Positions 34,392 through 44,700 of a stretch of DNA of 64,000 nt are shown here, in pieces; the first letter of the stretch is position 1; the number at the start of each line of letters is the position of its first letter. The translations under genes and the position numbers were made by a program. Under the pieces are notes generated by a model. The model worked only from the letters and a program-made list of their open reading frames with translations, did not search any database and was not told the origin of the DNA. Source of the DNA: Candidatus Competibacter sp. (GTDB taxonomy: Bacteria > Pseudomonadota > Gammaproteobacteria > Competibacterales > Competibacteraceae); assembly GCA_035441325.1 (NCBI GenBank), contig DAOROA010000010.1, positions 7,582-71,581 of the forward strand, in the 5' to 3' direction.

Positions 34392-36089
34392 TTACGCCTC
34401 CTGCTCTTGCTGGGTGGTCACCCGCAGCACTTCTTCGATGGTGGTCGAGCCAGCAACCGCCTTACGCAATCCGTCTTCGTACATGGTGTCCATACCCTCC
34501 TTCTGGGCGGTAGCCTGCAAGTCGCCGGCGTCGGCGTGTTTCAACACCAAACGACGCAGCGGATCGCTCATCACCAAAAATTCCATGATGGCCGCTCGAC
34601 CCCGGTAGCCGGTGCCGCCACAGTGCTCGCAACCGATCGGCTTGTACAAAGTGATGTCGCGCCCATCGGCGAAGCGGTGCAACCGCATTTCCTCGACCAG
34701 CTCTGGTAACGCTTGATACGGCTGTTTACACCGGCTACAGAGCAACCGCACCAGGCGCTGGGCGAGAATGCCGTTGATGGTCGAGGTCAGCAGATAATCT
34801 TCCACCCCCATATCGAGCAGGCGGGTAACGCTGCCGGCGGCGTCGTTGGTGTGCAGAGTGGACAGCACCAAGTGACCAGTCAGCGCGGACTGCACGGCGA
34901 TGCCGGCGGTTTCCAGATCGCGCATTTCGCCGATCATGATTACGTCGGGGTCTTGGCGGACGATGGCGCGCAGGGCATTGGCGAAGGTTAGGTTGATCTG
35001 CGGTTTCACCTGGATCTGGTTGATACCTTCCAACTGGTATTCCACCGGATCCTCAACGGTGAGGATTTTCCGCTCCGGGGTGTTGATAGTTTGCAGAGCA
35101 GTGTACAAGGTAGTGGTCTTGCCGCTACCGGTGGGGCCGGTTACCAAAATGATGCCGTGCGGTAAATGCAAGATTTCCAGGAATCGCTCCAGAGTGCGGG
35201 GGCTGAAACCCAGCATCTCGAAATTCAGTACCACGCTGGCCTTGTCGAGGATACGCATGACCACGCTTTCGCCCCACAGGGTCGGAACGGTAGATACGCG
35301 CAAATCGATTTCCTTGCCCTGCGCCCGCAACTGAATACGGCCATCTTGCGGCAAGCGCCGCTCGGCGATGTTCAGCTTGGCCATGATCTTGATGCGGGAG
35401 ATGACCGCCGCCGACAGCCGCGACGGCGGCGATTCCACCTCGCGTAACACGCCGTCCACCCGATAGCGGACCTTGAGCCGGTTCTCGAACGGCTCGATGT
35501 GAATATCCGAAGCGCGCGACTCGACCGCACGGGCGATCATCAAGTTGACCAGGCGAATGACCGGCGCTTCGCTGGCCAGATCCTTGAGGTGCTGGATCTG
35601 TTCTTCGTCGGTCAAATCGTCGGCCAAGCCGATAGAATCGACGATCTGGCCCATCGCCGAACGGCCGCTACCGTACAGCCGCTCGAAGGCGGCTTCCAGT
35701 TCCGACGGCACAGCGACACGCGGCAAGATCGGCTTGCCAGTAACCAACCGTAGCGCCGACAGGACGTAATCGTCGGTGGGATTAGCCATCGCCACCACTA
35801 GGCCCTGTTCGTCATCGGCCAAGGGGATCACCCGCGATTCCTTGAGAAATCGCGCGGAAATCGCCCCGTTGGTCGCCGGCATCTCGGGATAGTCGCCCGG
35901 TTTGATTAGCGGCAAATCCAAGCGCGCGGCGACCGCCTCGGCCAAGTCGCGCTCCGATACCAAACCGAGTTTGACCAGCAGTGTATCCAGATTCTCGCCG
36001 GTGCTGTCTTGCACGCGCCGGGCGCGCTGCAGGTCGGCATCAGCCAGCTTCTGGTGCTCGACCAGCAATTCGCCTAGATCAACGGCCAT
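34392..36089 (-). CDS. gspE: T2SS ATPase GspE
   Basis: Walker [10 protein letters not shown], Asp/His boxes, and the tetracysteine CSRC...CEHC. The ATG is at 36087-36089 (MAVDLGELL...); the track start at 36098 is a TTG. Overlaps the 3' end of rfbD by 11 nt. Confidence 0.95.
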   Translation of the reverse strand: MAVDLGELLVEHQKLADADLQRARRVQDSTGENLDTLLVKLGLVSERDLAEAVAARLDLPLIKPGDYPEMPATNGAISARFLKESRVIPLADDEQGLVVAMANPTDDYVLSALRLVTGKPILPRVAVPSELEAAFERLYGSGRSAMGQIVDSIGLADDLTDEEQIQHLKDLASEAPVIRLVNLMIARAVESRASDIHIEPFENRLKVRYRVDGVLREVESPPSRLSAAVISRIKIMAKLNIAERRLPQDGRIQLRAQGKEIDLRVSTVPTLWGESVVMRILDKASVVLNFEMLGFSPRTLERFLEILHLPHGIILVTGPTGSGKTTTLYTALQTINTPERKILTVEDPVEYQLEGINQIQVKPQINLTFANALRAIVRQDPDVIMIGEMRDLETAGIAVQSALTGHLVLSTLHTNDAAGSVTRLLDMGVEDYLLTSTINGILAQRLVRLLCSRCKQPYQALPELVEEMRLHRFADGRDITLYKPIGCEHCGGTGYRGRAAIMEFLVMSDPLRRLVLKHADAGDLQATAQKEGMDTMYEDGLRKAVAGSTTIEEVLRVTTQQEQEA

Positions 36090-36966
36090 GGAGGGCAAAC
36101 AGCATAGTGGCCAAACCTTCGCGCCACGAAGCCGGACGAATACCGAAACGGGCGGCCAATCGAGCGCAGTCCAACACCGAATTAGTAGGGCGTACGGCTG
36201 GGGTGGGATAGTCGGCGGTAGTAATAGCGGTCACGGTGCGGACTTTCAGCTTTTCGTCCATCTCCGCCTTTTCGACAATGGCGCTGGCGAAACCGTGCCA
36301 AGTGGTGGCTGGCTCGCCGCAATAATGATAGATACCCCACGCATTGTTGGCGTCGATCTCGCCGACCCGTCCCGCCAATTCCAGCAGGACATCGGCGATA
36401 TCTCCGGCATAGGTCGGACAACCATGCTGATCGGCGACCACGCGCAACTCCTCGCGCTCTTGCGCCAAGCGCAGGATGGTCTTGACGAAGTTGTGGCCGT
36501 GGATGCCGAACACCCAACTCACCCGCAAGATCAGGTGCCTGGGCAACAATCGACGTACCGCCTCGTCGCCTTCCCATTTGCTTTGACCGTACACACCCAG
36601 CGGGGCCGCTGGATCATCTTCCGTGTAGGGATCGATCTTGGTTCCATCGAACACGTAATCGGTGGAAATATGCAGCAGCGGGATACCGAGCCGGGCGCAA
36701 GCGGTGGCCAAGTGGACGGGACCGTCGCGGTTGACGGCGAACGCCCGTTCGGCCTCCTGCTCTGCCTTGTCCACGGCGGTGTAGGCCGCCGCGTTGATGA
36801 CGGCATTCACTCCGCCGCTAGCCGCTAGCACGCGATCCACGGCAGCAGCATCGGTAATGTCCAACTGGTCCACGTCCCAAGCCAGCACCTCGTGGCCGAA
36901 CATCGGTGCACGGCGAGTCAATTCCCAACCAACCTGCCCCTTGGCGCCAACGATCGCAAGACGCAC
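36079..36966 (-). CDS. rfbD: dTDP-4-dehydrorhamnose reductase
   Basis: (V)RLAIVGAKGQVGWEL...AAYTAVDKAE...STDYVFDG...YGQSKWEGD. GTG start 3 nt after the rfbC stop. Confidence 0.9.
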   Translation of the reverse strand: MRLAIVGAKGQVGWELTRRAPMFGHEVLAWDVDQLDITDAAAVDRVLAASGGVNAVINAAAYTAVDKAEQEAERAFAVNRDGPVHLATACARLGIPLLHISTDYVFDGTKIDPYTEDDPAAPLGVYGQSKWEGDEAVRRLLPRHLILRVSWVFGIHGHNFVKTILRLAQEREELRVVADQHGCPTYAGDIADVLLELAGRVGEIDANNAWGIYHYCGEPATTWHGFASAIVEKAEMDEKLKVRTVTAITTADYPTPAVRPTNSVLDCARLAARFGIRPASWREGLATMLFALHGR

Positions 36967-36969
36967 CGT

Positions 36970-37527
36970 TCAGCCCTCGTAAGCCGGTAATTTTTCGGGG
37001 ATCTGCGTAGCCAGCCGAGGATTCTCCCGATCCTTGGCCGACAGGGCTACATCCCGCAGCGGCCAGTCGATGCCGATATCCGGGTCGTCCCAGGCAATGC
37101 CACATTCCGAAGCCGGATGGTAGTAGTCGGTGCATTTGTAGAAGAAATCCGCTTCCTCCGACAGCACGCAGAATCCGTGAGCAAATCCGGGCGGAATATA
37201 TAACTGGCGATGGTCCACATCGTCCAGCACGCAGCCGTACCAGCGCCCGAACGTCGGCGAACCGCGCCGGATATCTACGGCCACATCGAACACCGCGCCG
37301 CGCGTCACCCACACCAGCTTGCCTTGCGGTTGCGTCATTTGGTAATGCAAGCCGCGCAACACACCACGTCGCGATCGAGAGTGGTTATCCTGGACAAAAC
37401 GCTCCGGCATACCAGCCTCATGGTAGCGCGCCGCCTGCCACGTCTCCATGAAAAAGCCGCGCGCATCGCCGAACACCTTCGGTTCCAGTAGCAGTACGCC
37501 AGGCAACTCCGTCACCATGAACTTCAT
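36970..37527 (-). CDS. rfbC: dTDP-4-dehydrorhamnose 3,5-epimerase
   Basis: ORF trimmed to the ATG at 37525-37527 ([30 protein letters not shown]...RGLHYQ...). ATGA overlap with the rfbA stop. Confidence 0.9.
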   Translation of the reverse strand: MKFMVTELPGVLLLEPKVFGDARGFFMETWQAARYHEAGMPERFVQDNHSRSRRGVLRGLHYQMTQPQGKLVWVTRGAVFDVAVDIRRGSPTFGRWYGCVLDDVDHRQLYIPPGFAHGFCVLSEEADFFYKCTDYYHPASECGIAWDDPDIGIDWPLRDVALSAKDRENPRLATQIPEKLPAYEG

Positions 37528-38408
37528 TGAGCGATTCTCCGCTCCAACAGTTCCACTAGATATTGACCGTAGCCGCTCTTGGCCAGCGATTCCGCGAGCC
37601 GCACCAATTGGCCGTCGTCGATAAAATTCATCCGCCAAGCCACTTCCTCGGGACAAGCGACCTTCAAACCCTGCCGTTGTTCCACCACCTGCACGAAATG
37701 GGCGGCGGCTAACAGCGACTCGTGGGTGCCGGTATCCAGCCAAGCGTAACCGCGCCCCAGCAACTCGACATTCAATTCGCCGCGTTCCAGATAGACCCGG
37801 TTGACGTCGGTAATTTCCAGCTCACCGCGCGCCGAGGGGCGAATATTTTTGGCGACGTTCACTACGTCGTTGTCGTAAAAGTACAGGCCGGTCACAGCGT
37901 AGTGGGATTTTGGCGCTTTCGGTTTTTCTTCGATATCCTTCGCCCGGCCCTGATCGTCGAAGCTGACCACGCCGTAGCGTTCCGGATCGCGCACGTAATA
38001 GCCGAACACGGTCGCGCCCCGCTGGCGGGCAGCGGCCCGGCGCAACACCGCCGACAAACCCTGACCATAATAAATGTTGTCGCCGAGAATCAGACAAGCC
38101 GGATCGGCGCCGATGAAGTTTTCGCCGATCAGAAACGCTTGCGCCAATCCATCCGGACTCGGCTGGACCGCGTACTGGAAGTTAATACCCCACCGGCTGC
38201 CGTCACCCAGCAAGGTCTGATACGCTTCCTGATCGCGAGGCGTGGTGATGATGAGGATGTCTCGAATCGCCGCCAGCATCAAGGTAGCGACCGGGTAGTA
38301 GATCATCGGCTTGTCGTAGATCGGCATGAGCTGCTTGCTGACCGAAACCGTCAGCGGGTGCAGCCGGGTGCCGGAACCGCCGGCGAGAATGATGCCCTTG
38401 TAGGCCAT
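37524..38408 (-). CDS. rfbA: glucose-1-phosphate thymidylyltransferase
   Basis: [20 protein letters not shown]...[16 protein letters not shown]... is a canonical RmlA sequence. Confidence 0.95.
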   Translation of the reverse strand: MAYKGIILAGGSGTRLHPLTVSVSKQLMPIYDKPMIYYPVATLMLAAIRDILIITTPRDQEAYQTLLGDGSRWGINFQYAVQPSPDGLAQAFLIGENFIGADPACLILGDNIYYGQGLSAVLRRAAARQRGATVFGYYVRDPERYGVVSFDDQGRAKDIEEKPKAPKSHYAVTGLYFYDNDVVNVAKNIRPSARGELEITDVNRVYLERGELNVELLGRGYAWLDTGTHESLLAAAHFVQVVEQRQGLKVACPEEVAWRMNFIDDGQLVRLAESLAKSGYGQYLVELLERRIAQ

Positions 38409-38454
38409 TCGTTTTCTGTATCGTGGTATGGGTTGGAGAAAAAGCGGAAGCGCC

Positions 38455-40293
38455 CTACTCTACCGTGACCGACTTGGCTAAGTTTCGTGGCTGATCCACA
38501 TCGGTACCCTTGAGGATAGCGACGTGGTAGGCCAACAATTGCAGCGGCACGGTGAACACGATAGGCGCGATGGATTCGGGCACCGCGCCCAGCGACAGAA
38601 CATGAGTGCTGACGCCACTGAGATGGGTGTCCACTTCGCTGTCGGCGAACAGGAACAATTCGCCGCCGCGCGCCCGAACCTCCTGAAGATTGGAAAGGAC
38701 CTTCTCCAACAAACCGTCCTTGGGCAGCACGCAGACCACCGGCATGTCGGCGTCCACCAGCGCCAGCGGGCCATGCTTGAGTTCGCCCGCCGGATACGCT
38801 TCGGCGTGAATATAGGAAATTTCCTTGAACTTGAGCGCTCCTTCCATGGCGATCGGGTACTGCGTGCCGCGTCCTAGAAACAAAGCATGATGTTTTTCGG
38901 CGAACGACTCGGCCAGCTTTTCGATGGCGTCGTTCAAGGACAGCGCTTTTTCCAAGGCGCGAGGCAGCAGCTCCAAATCTCGCGCCAGCATCGCCGCATC
39001 GCTTTCGCTCAAGCCGCGTTGCCGGCCCAGCATCAGCGCCAACAACCGCAAAGCCACCAACTGGGTGGTGAAGGCTTTGGTGGACGCCACGCCGATTTCC
39101 CGGCCGGCACGGGTCAACAGCGCCAAGGCCGATTCGCGCACCAGCGAGCTTTCGGCGACGTTGCAAATGGTCAGGGTCGACAGATAACCGCGCTCCTTGG
39201 CCGTGCGCAACGCAGCCAGGGTATCGGCGGTTTCCCCCGACTGCGAAATACTGACGAACAAGGTACCGGGCGGCGTCACACCGTGGCGATACCGATACTC
39301 GCTGGCCACTTCGACCGTGCAGGGTACGCCTAGATTCTCCAGCCAGTAGCGGGCGACCAAACCGGCGTGATAGCTGGTGCCGCAGGCGACGATGTGAACA
39401 CCTTGCACTTGCCCGAACAACTGGCCCGCTTCCGCCCCGAAGCTGTCTTCCAGCAATCGGCCTTGATGGACGCGACCTTCCAGGGTTTCGGCGACGACGG
39501 CCGGCTGCTCGAAGATTTCCTTCAGCATGAAATGGCGATAGCCGCTCTTGCCTGCGGCAGCGCCCATTTGGCCGGAATAGGACAATGGCCGTTCGACCGC
39601 CCGTCCCTCCCGGTCGTAAATGGTGAAGCGTTCCCGCTGGACCTCGGCGACATCGCCTTCTTCCAGAAACACGAAGCTCTGCGTCACCGGCGCCAGCGCG
39701 AATACGTCCGACGCGATGAAATGCTCCTCAATGCCGACGCCCAGCACCAGCGGACTGCCGGCGCGAGCCGCGATCATCCGATTTGGATCCTCGCGGCAAA
39801 TCACGCCCAGGCTGTAGGCACCGGTCAACTGGGCGACGCTCTGGCGCACGGCCGCCAGCAAATCGCCGCCGTTTTCCCGCAGGTGCCGGTCGATCAAGTG
39901 GGCGACCACTTCGGTGTCGGTATCGGACGTAAATTGATAGCCGGCGGCGATCAGTTTCGCCTTGAGCTCTTGGTAGTTCTCGATGATGCCGTTGTGCACC
40001 ACCGCCACCGACTCGCCGCTGACGTGCGGATGCGCGTTGCGCTCGGAGGGTTCGCCGTGGGTGGCCCAGCGGGTGTGGGCGAGACCGAGCGGTCCGCGCA
40101 CCGGTTCTTGCCGCAAGCGATCCGTCAACGCCTGGACCTTGCCGACCGTGCGCACCCGATGCAGCCGGTCGTCACGGTTATCCACGGTCACGATCCCGGC
40201 CGAATCGTAACCACGGTATTCCAACCGCCGCAGTCCTTCTAGCAGGATGGGCGTGACGTTGCGTTCGGCGATGGCGCCCACGATTCCACACAT
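38455..40293 (-). CDS. glmS: glutamine--fructose-6-phosphate aminotransferase
   Basis: Trimmed to the ATG at 40291-40293 ([13 protein letters not shown]...), giving an N-terminal Cys nucleophile. Two SIS domains; ends ...NLAKSVTVE. Confidence 0.95.
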   Translation of the reverse strand: MCGIVGAIAERNVTPILLEGLRRLEYRGYDSAGIVTVDNRDDRLHRVRTVGKVQALTDRLRQEPVRGPLGLAHTRWATHGEPSERNAHPHVSGESVAVVHNGIIENYQELKAKLIAAGYQFTSDTDTEVVAHLIDRHLRENGGDLLAAVRQSVAQLTGAYSLGVICREDPNRMIAARAGSPLVLGVGIEEHFIASDVFALAPVTQSFVFLEEGDVAEVQRERFTIYDREGRAVERPLSYSGQMGAAAGKSGYRHFMLKEIFEQPAVVAETLEGRVHQGRLLEDSFGAEAGQLFGQVQGVHIVACGTSYHAGLVARYWLENLGVPCTVEVASEYRYRHGVTPPGTLFVSISQSGETADTLAALRTAKERGYLSTLTICNVAESSLVRESALALLTRAGREIGVASTKAFTTQLVALRLLALMLGRQRGLSESDAAMLARDLELLPRALEKALSLNDAIEKLAESFAEKHHALFLGRGTQYPIAMEGALKFKEISYIHAEAYPAGELKHGPLALVDADMPVVCVLPKDGLLEKVLSNLQEVRARGGELFLFADSEVDTHLSGVSTHVLSLGAVPESIAPIVFTVPLQLLAYHVAILKGTDVDQPRNLAKSVTVE

Positions 40294-40438
40294 GGCGATT
40301 TCCAACCCGGTCTTTTTTAGGAAAATACCCAAGCCAATCTAGTATTCAGATTAGCGGCTTATCGGTCGGGGAACAAGCGATTCCCTTTTCCATAGCGCTT
40401 CTCTCCAGTGGAAAAAGCGCGCACGCGGGGCGATAAAC

Positions 40439-41710
40439 TCAATATTCCCGCACGAGTTTTCGAGTGTGGCGAGCGATGACCAGCTCTTCGTTGGTAGGCA
40501 ACACCCACACCGCCACCCGGCTGGCCGGTGCGCTGATCCGGCTGCGATGCCCGGCGTTGGCGGCAGCGTCCAATTCGATACCCAGCCAAGTCGACCGGGC
40601 GCAGACCTGCTCGCGCACCGCCGCCGCATGCTCGCCGATGCCACCAGTGAACACCAGCGCATCCAACCCGCCCAGCGCCGCCGCCAGCGAACCGAGTTCG
40701 CGGGCGATCCGATAGGTAAAGTAATCGACCGCCAGCTTGGCGTTGGGATCGCTGCTAGCCAATAGTTCGCGCATGTCGTTACTGATGCCCGACAAACCCA
40801 GCAGACCAGACTGTTTGTAGAGCAGATTGTTCAAATCTCGGGCACCCATGCCGTGTTGCTCGATCAGATAGAGCAGCACGCCAGGATCCAACGAACCGCT
40901 GCGGGTGCCCATCGGCAAGCCCTCCACAGCGGTGAAGCCCATGGTGCTGGCCATGCTCCGGCCATCGCGCATGGCGCACATGCTGGCGCCGTTGCCCAGA
41001 TGAGCGACCACGACCCGGCCGGTGGTCGATGTGCCCACGACTTCGGCCAGTGCGCCGGCGATGTATTCGTAAGACAGGCCATGAAAGCCGTAGCGTTGCA
41101 CGCCTTCCCTACGGTAAACCAACGGCAAAGCGAACAAACGAGCCAGTTCCGGCTGACCGTAATGGAAAGCCGTGTCGAAACAACCGACTTGCGGCAAGTC
41201 CGGCCGCACGGCGGTCAGGGCGCGGATACCGGCCAGATTGTGCGGCTGATGCAACGGTGCCAGCGGCACGAAAGTTTCCAGCCGCGCCATGATCTCCGGC
41301 GTCAACCGCTGCGGGTCGCTGAACTCCTTGCCGCCGTGCACCACCCGATGACCCGCCGCGATTATTTCGGGCAGGTCCGGCGTTTTTCCGAGCCAGTCCA
41401 GCAGATCGCGCAGCGCCGCTTGATGGTCGTAAACCTCGCCATCCGCTGGCGACGGCTGGCCATCGTTGGCTCGCCGGCGGTGGTTCGGTCCCTGCTTTCG
41501 GTAACTGCCCCCAGCCGGCGGCGTTGGTCGGACATCGGTCAACACCCGCCCGTCATGATCGAAGGCTTTGAAGCGCGGGTTTTCCTCGCCGATGTTCTCC
41601 TGCAAACCTCGACAGACCAACGCCAAATCACCGCTATCTGCCGGCAAGGCGAATACCGAGAATTTGATGCTCGACGAGCCGGCATTGATCACCAGCAAAC
41701 CTTGCGACAT
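40439..41710 (-). CDS. ackA: acetate kinase
   Basis: ATG at 41708-41710 with AGGAG upstream (MSQGLLVINAGSSSIKF...). HRVVHGG, FDTAFH, YGFHGLSYEY and TGGIGE blocks are present. Confidence 0.9.
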   Translation of the reverse strand: MSQGLLVINAGSSSIKFSVFALPADSGDLALVCRGLQENIGEENPRFKAFDHDGRVLTDVRPTPPAGGSYRKQGPNHRRRANDGQPSPADGEVYDHQAALRDLLDWLGKTPDLPEIIAAGHRVVHGGKEFSDPQRLTPEIMARLETFVPLAPLHQPHNLAGIRALTAVRPDLPQVGCFDTAFHYGQPELARLFALPLVYRREGVQRYGFHGLSYEYIAGALAEVVGTSTTGRVVVAHLGNGASMCAMRDGRSMASTMGFTAVEGLPMGTRSGSLDPGVLLYLIEQHGMGARDLNNLLYKQSGLLGLSGISNDMRELLASSDPNAKLAVDYFTYRIARELGSLAAALGGLDALVFTGGIGEHAAAVREQVCARSTWLGIELDAAANAGHRSRISAPASRVAVWVLPTNEELVIARHTRKLVREY

Positions 41711-41795
41711 CACCTTACTCCTCATCGTCGTCTATCGGGACTGGCGGAATTGACGGAGTTCGATAGCGCCCGCCGTTTAGTGGGATACCGCGAGG

Positions 41796-42710
41796 TTACT
41801 CGTCAGCAACTGGGGCGGACGCGTTGAGCCGGTGCGCGTTCGCCCGCAAATATGCCTGGAATCGTTCGCCCAATTCGGGATGGCGCGCGCCATATTCCAC
41901 GGTGGCGATCAGATAGCCCAGCTTGCTGCCGCAGTCGTGGCGCCGGCCCGAGAACTCGTAGGCCAGCACTTGCTCCTCGCCTAGCAGGGCGGCGATGCCG
42001 TCGGTGAGCTGAATTTCGTTGCCTGCGCCGCGTGGGATGGTTTGCAGCAAATCGAAGATGCGCGGGGTAAGGATGTAGCGGCCCACCACCGCCAGATTGG
42101 AAGGAGCATTTTCCGGCTTCGGCTTTTCGACGATGCCATCGACGTTGCTGATCCGGGTGGCGAACGGTAGCGGATGGACGATACCGTATTTGTGAGTCTC
42201 TTCCTTGGGTACGCGCTCCACGCCCAGAATCGAGCACTGGTATTTGTTGAAATGGCGGGTCATCTGGCTCAGCGCCCCGCCCTCTTGGGCGTCTTCCTCG
42301 ATCAAATCGTCGGCCAGGATGACCGCGAACGGTTCGTTCCCGACCACCGGCCGCGCACACAGCACGGCATGACCTAGCCCGAGTGCCTCGGCTTGGCGCA
42401 CGTAGACGCACTCCACGCCGGACGGAACGATGCTGCGCACCACTTGGAGCAGATCGGTCTTGCCGCGCGTTTCCAGCTCGACTTCCAGTTCGTAGGCTTT
42501 ATCGAAATGATCGGCGATGGCGTTCTTGGTGCGGCCGATGATGAAGACCAGCGTATCGACCCCGGCCGCCACCGCTTCCTCGACCCCGTATTGGATCAGA
42601 GGCTTATCGACGATGGGCAACATTTCTTTGGGGCTGGCCTTGGTCGCTGGCAGGAATCGGGTTCCGAGGCCGGCCACGGGGAATACCGCTTTGCGTACTT
42701 GCCGTTTCAC
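41796..42710 (-). CDS. galU: UTP--glucose-1-phosphate uridylyltransferase
   Basis: (V)[40 protein letters not shown]... is a canonical GalU sequence. GTG start. Confidence 0.9.
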   Translation of the reverse strand: MKRQVRKAVFPVAGLGTRFLPATKASPKEMLPIVDKPLIQYGVEEAVAAGVDTLVFIIGRTKNAIADHFDKAYELEVELETRGKTDLLQVVRSIVPSGVECVYVRQAEALGLGHAVLCARPVVGNEPFAVILADDLIEEDAQEGGALSQMTRHFNKYQCSILGVERVPKEETHKYGIVHPLPFATRISNVDGIVEKPKPENAPSNLAVVGRYILTPRIFDLLQTIPRGAGNEIQLTDGIAALLGEEQVLAYEFSGRRHDCGSKLGYLIATVEYGARHPELGERFQAYLRANAHRLNASAPVADE

Positions 42711-42914
42711 TCTTGCATACTCCCTATCGATTGTTGGGTCGCGAACAGCATTGCATTGTCCGGCATCGCGCCCGGCCGGACAAGCGGACTCCCCAACCGA
42801 GACGGACTACCCGGAACACGGCTCATTTGCTACTGCTACAATGAAAGAAAGTTACGGGCAGGGGCCATGCGCTCTAGCTAAAGAAAATTCGCCAATCACG
42901 CTGGACCAACGACA

Positions 42915-43208
42915 ATGCTGGACACCCTAACCCTGGATCACTGGCGCGAATGCGTGGGGCAGAACTTTCATGTTTCTCTCGGGCAAGACGCTGGAATCGA
43001 CCTAAAACTGACTACGGCTACTCCGCTGGGCGCCGAAAGCGGCTACCGCCGGCAACCGTATTCGCTGCTGTTCGCCGGCCCGCTGACGCCGTTGCTGCCA
43101 CAAGCCACCTACCCGCTGCGAAACGAGTCGATGGGGGAGCTGGGGATTTTTCTGGTGCCGCTCGGCCCGCAAGGCCAAGCCATGCGTTACGAGGCGATTT
43201 TCACCTGA
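42915..43208 (+). CDS. 97-aa cytoplasmic small-domain protein, paralogous to the C-terminal domain of ORF 43704..44141
   Basis: ATG verified. It shares the pattern [WF]-x3-[VI]G-x-F-x-V...LKL...[YF]-x3-F-x-GP...LP...Y......G......P......Y-x-A-x-F with the Tat-signal protein. I think this corresponds to a DUF family (possibly DUF6916) but cannot confirm. Confidence 0.5.
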   Translation: MLDTLTLDHWRECVGQNFHVSLGQDAGIDLKLTTATPLGAESGYRRQPYSLLFAGPLTPLLPQATYPLRNESMGELGIFLVPLGPQGQAMRYEAIFT

Positions 43209-43704
43209 GCGCGCCGGTTGACCGGTCGGTCGGTGGTTCCACCGCGAGCAGGAGATAGACGCCGGTTTCGCCGACCGGTTCGAAGCCCAGGCGACGATAT
43301 AACCGCAGTGCGGGATTGTAGCGTTCGACGTGGATGGTCAGACGTCGGTTCGTGGCGGCGGCTTCTTCTAACAGATCGCGCAACAGACCGCCGCCGACGG
43401 CCCGATTGCGAAATGCGGGCAGCAGCGCGATGTCCATGATGCGAATCTCCTCTTTCCAGCGGGCCACGTACAGCCGACCGATCGGTTCGCCATCCAGCAG
43501 GATGAGATCGAACCGCGCCCCTCGGTAGTGAGTTTGGTAATGGTGGTGCTGCGCCTCGAACTGCTGGACGAGAAACGCCTGTTTTTGCGTCTCGTCCCAG
43601 TCGGTGAGGGCGAGCTCTTCGACGCGGGTGCTGGCGTAGACGCGAAAGAGAAAATCGCGGTCTTCGGCTCGAAACGTTCGCAAGGTTAGTGCCAGAGCTG
43701 GCAT
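43201..43704 (-). CDS. GNAT-family acetyltransferase
   Basis: LRTFRAEDRDFLFRVY...IMDIALLPAFRNRAVGGGLLRDLL...LYRRLGF is the GNAT A/B motif region. The ATG at 43702-43704 overlaps the upstream stop (TGATG). A GTG at 43707 is also possible. Confidence 0.75.
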   Translation of the reverse strand: MPALALTLRTFRAEDRDFLFRVYASTRVEELALTDWDETQKQAFLVQQFEAQHHHYQTHYRGARFDLILLDGEPIGRLYVARWKEEIRIMDIALLPAFRNRAVGGGLLRDLLEEAAATNRRLTIHVERYNPALRLYRRLGFEPVGETGVYLLLAVEPPTDRSTGALR

Positions 43705-44141
43705 CACGGTAGCAACAGGTTGAAATCGGCCCGGTAATACCGGCCTTTGCCGTCGGACATGGCGGGGGCAATCAACAGGTCGAACTCACCGGAAGCGGAG
43801 TGTTGAAAGTGGTACACCCCGCCGGGAAGAGGCTCCTCGGCGGGACCGCTAAAGCGCACCGCGAACTGCTCGGCATTCTTGTCGCGACGAAGATTCTCCA
43901 CCGCGATAAGTTTGAGGTTGACGACGTTGCGCAAGCCTTTGCCGCCGTAGACGTAGAACGTCTCGCCGATGTGGGCCTTGAAGTTGTCGTAGCTGAAGGT
44001 TTCACCGAGTGGCGGCAAGAATTTCGAGCCGGATGCCGGCGTCTTGGGCGCCGAACGGGCGGTCATGCTGACCGAAATCCAACCGCTAAAGGCCATCACA
44101 GACCAGCATATTGTATTTTTTATGAAATTTCGTCTGTTCAC
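43704..44141 (-). CDS. Tat-signal small-domain protein (exported paralog of ORF 42915..43208)
   Basis: (V)NRRNFIKNTICWSVMAFSGWISVSMTA is a twin-arginine N-R-R-x-F-I-K motif plus h-region. GTG start at 44139-44141. Confidence 0.6.
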   Translation of the reverse strand: MNRRNFIKNTICWSVMAFSGWISVSMTARSAPKTPASGSKFLPPLGETFSYDNFKAHIGETFYVYGGKGLRNVVNLKLIAVENLRRDKNAEQFAVRFSGPAEEPLPGGVYHFQHSASGEFDLLIAPAMSDGKGRYYRADFNLLLP

Positions 44142-44164
44142 CGAGATTTCCCGGGCAGGATGGT

Positions 44165-44689
44165 CTAGCCGCGAGGCGGGAAAACGCCTTGCAGCGCGAT
44201 GCAGAAGTAAAAGGTCAGGTAAGGCTGCATGTTGTTGTGGGGCTGGTCGCCACCGGCGGGTGCGAGCACCTGCTCGGACATCGGGACCAGTTGTGGATTC
44301 GTTGTGGCATAGAGGTTGCCGCTGGCGGGCCGGCTCAGTACGTTGCCGGCAGGCGTGGCAGAACCACCTAACGGCACGTTTTGCGCGCCTAGCGAATGAT
44401 TATGGGAGGGAATCTCACTTTCAAGAAGAGTGACCGTTTCGCTTCCTCCCGTTTCCCCCAAATCGTGCAATGAAAGCCCTGGTCCTTGACCAGGATGCAT
44501 GGGTGCTCGGCCTTGGAGGTCGGGAAGGGCGAAATCGCTCTTGCCATTCCCACCGTAGGTGGTTCCCAGCAAGGAAAATAGGGCCGTATTCTGAGATAGT
44601 GGCATAAGTTGCCCATCACAGAATGCCCAGCCTTTCGGGGCAAAGTTGAAGGGAAAGATACGAATCTCGGCGACAAAAGGATCGGCCAT
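44165..44689 (-). CDS. phage tail-collar domain protein (MdpB/COG4675 family), paralog 3 of 3 in transcription order
   Basis: ORF trimmed to the ATG at 44687-44689. MADPFVAEIRIFPFNFAPKGWAFCDGQLMPLSQNTALFSLLGTTYGGNGKSDFALPDLQGR...QPHNNMQPYLTFYFCIALQGVFP. Confidence 0.85.
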   Translation of the reverse strand: MADPFVAEIRIFPFNFAPKGWAFCDGQLMPLSQNTALFSLLGTTYGGNGKSDFALPDLQGRAPMHPGQGPGLSLHDLGETGGSETVTLLESEIPSHNHSLGAQNVPLGGSATPAGNVLSRPASGNLYATTNPQLVPMSEQVLAPAGGDQPHNNMQPYLTFYFCIALQGVFPPRG

Positions 44690-44700
44690 GATGGTTTCTC

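Noticed and set aside
35902-36828. 308-aa plus-strand ORF
   Set aside because: It lies antisense to rfbD and the 5' end of gspE, both of which carry unambiguous family motifs.
43680-43694. Perfect sigma54 core on the minus strand (TGGCAC-taacc-TTGC)
   Set aside because: It lies inside the first codons of the GNAT gene and would start transcription within that gene. A 10/10 match has roughly a 1-in-10 chance of occurring somewhere in 128 kb of two-strand sequence. No enhancer-binding-protein gene or upstream activator site is evident. It is worth rechecking only if transcript mapping shows an internal start.
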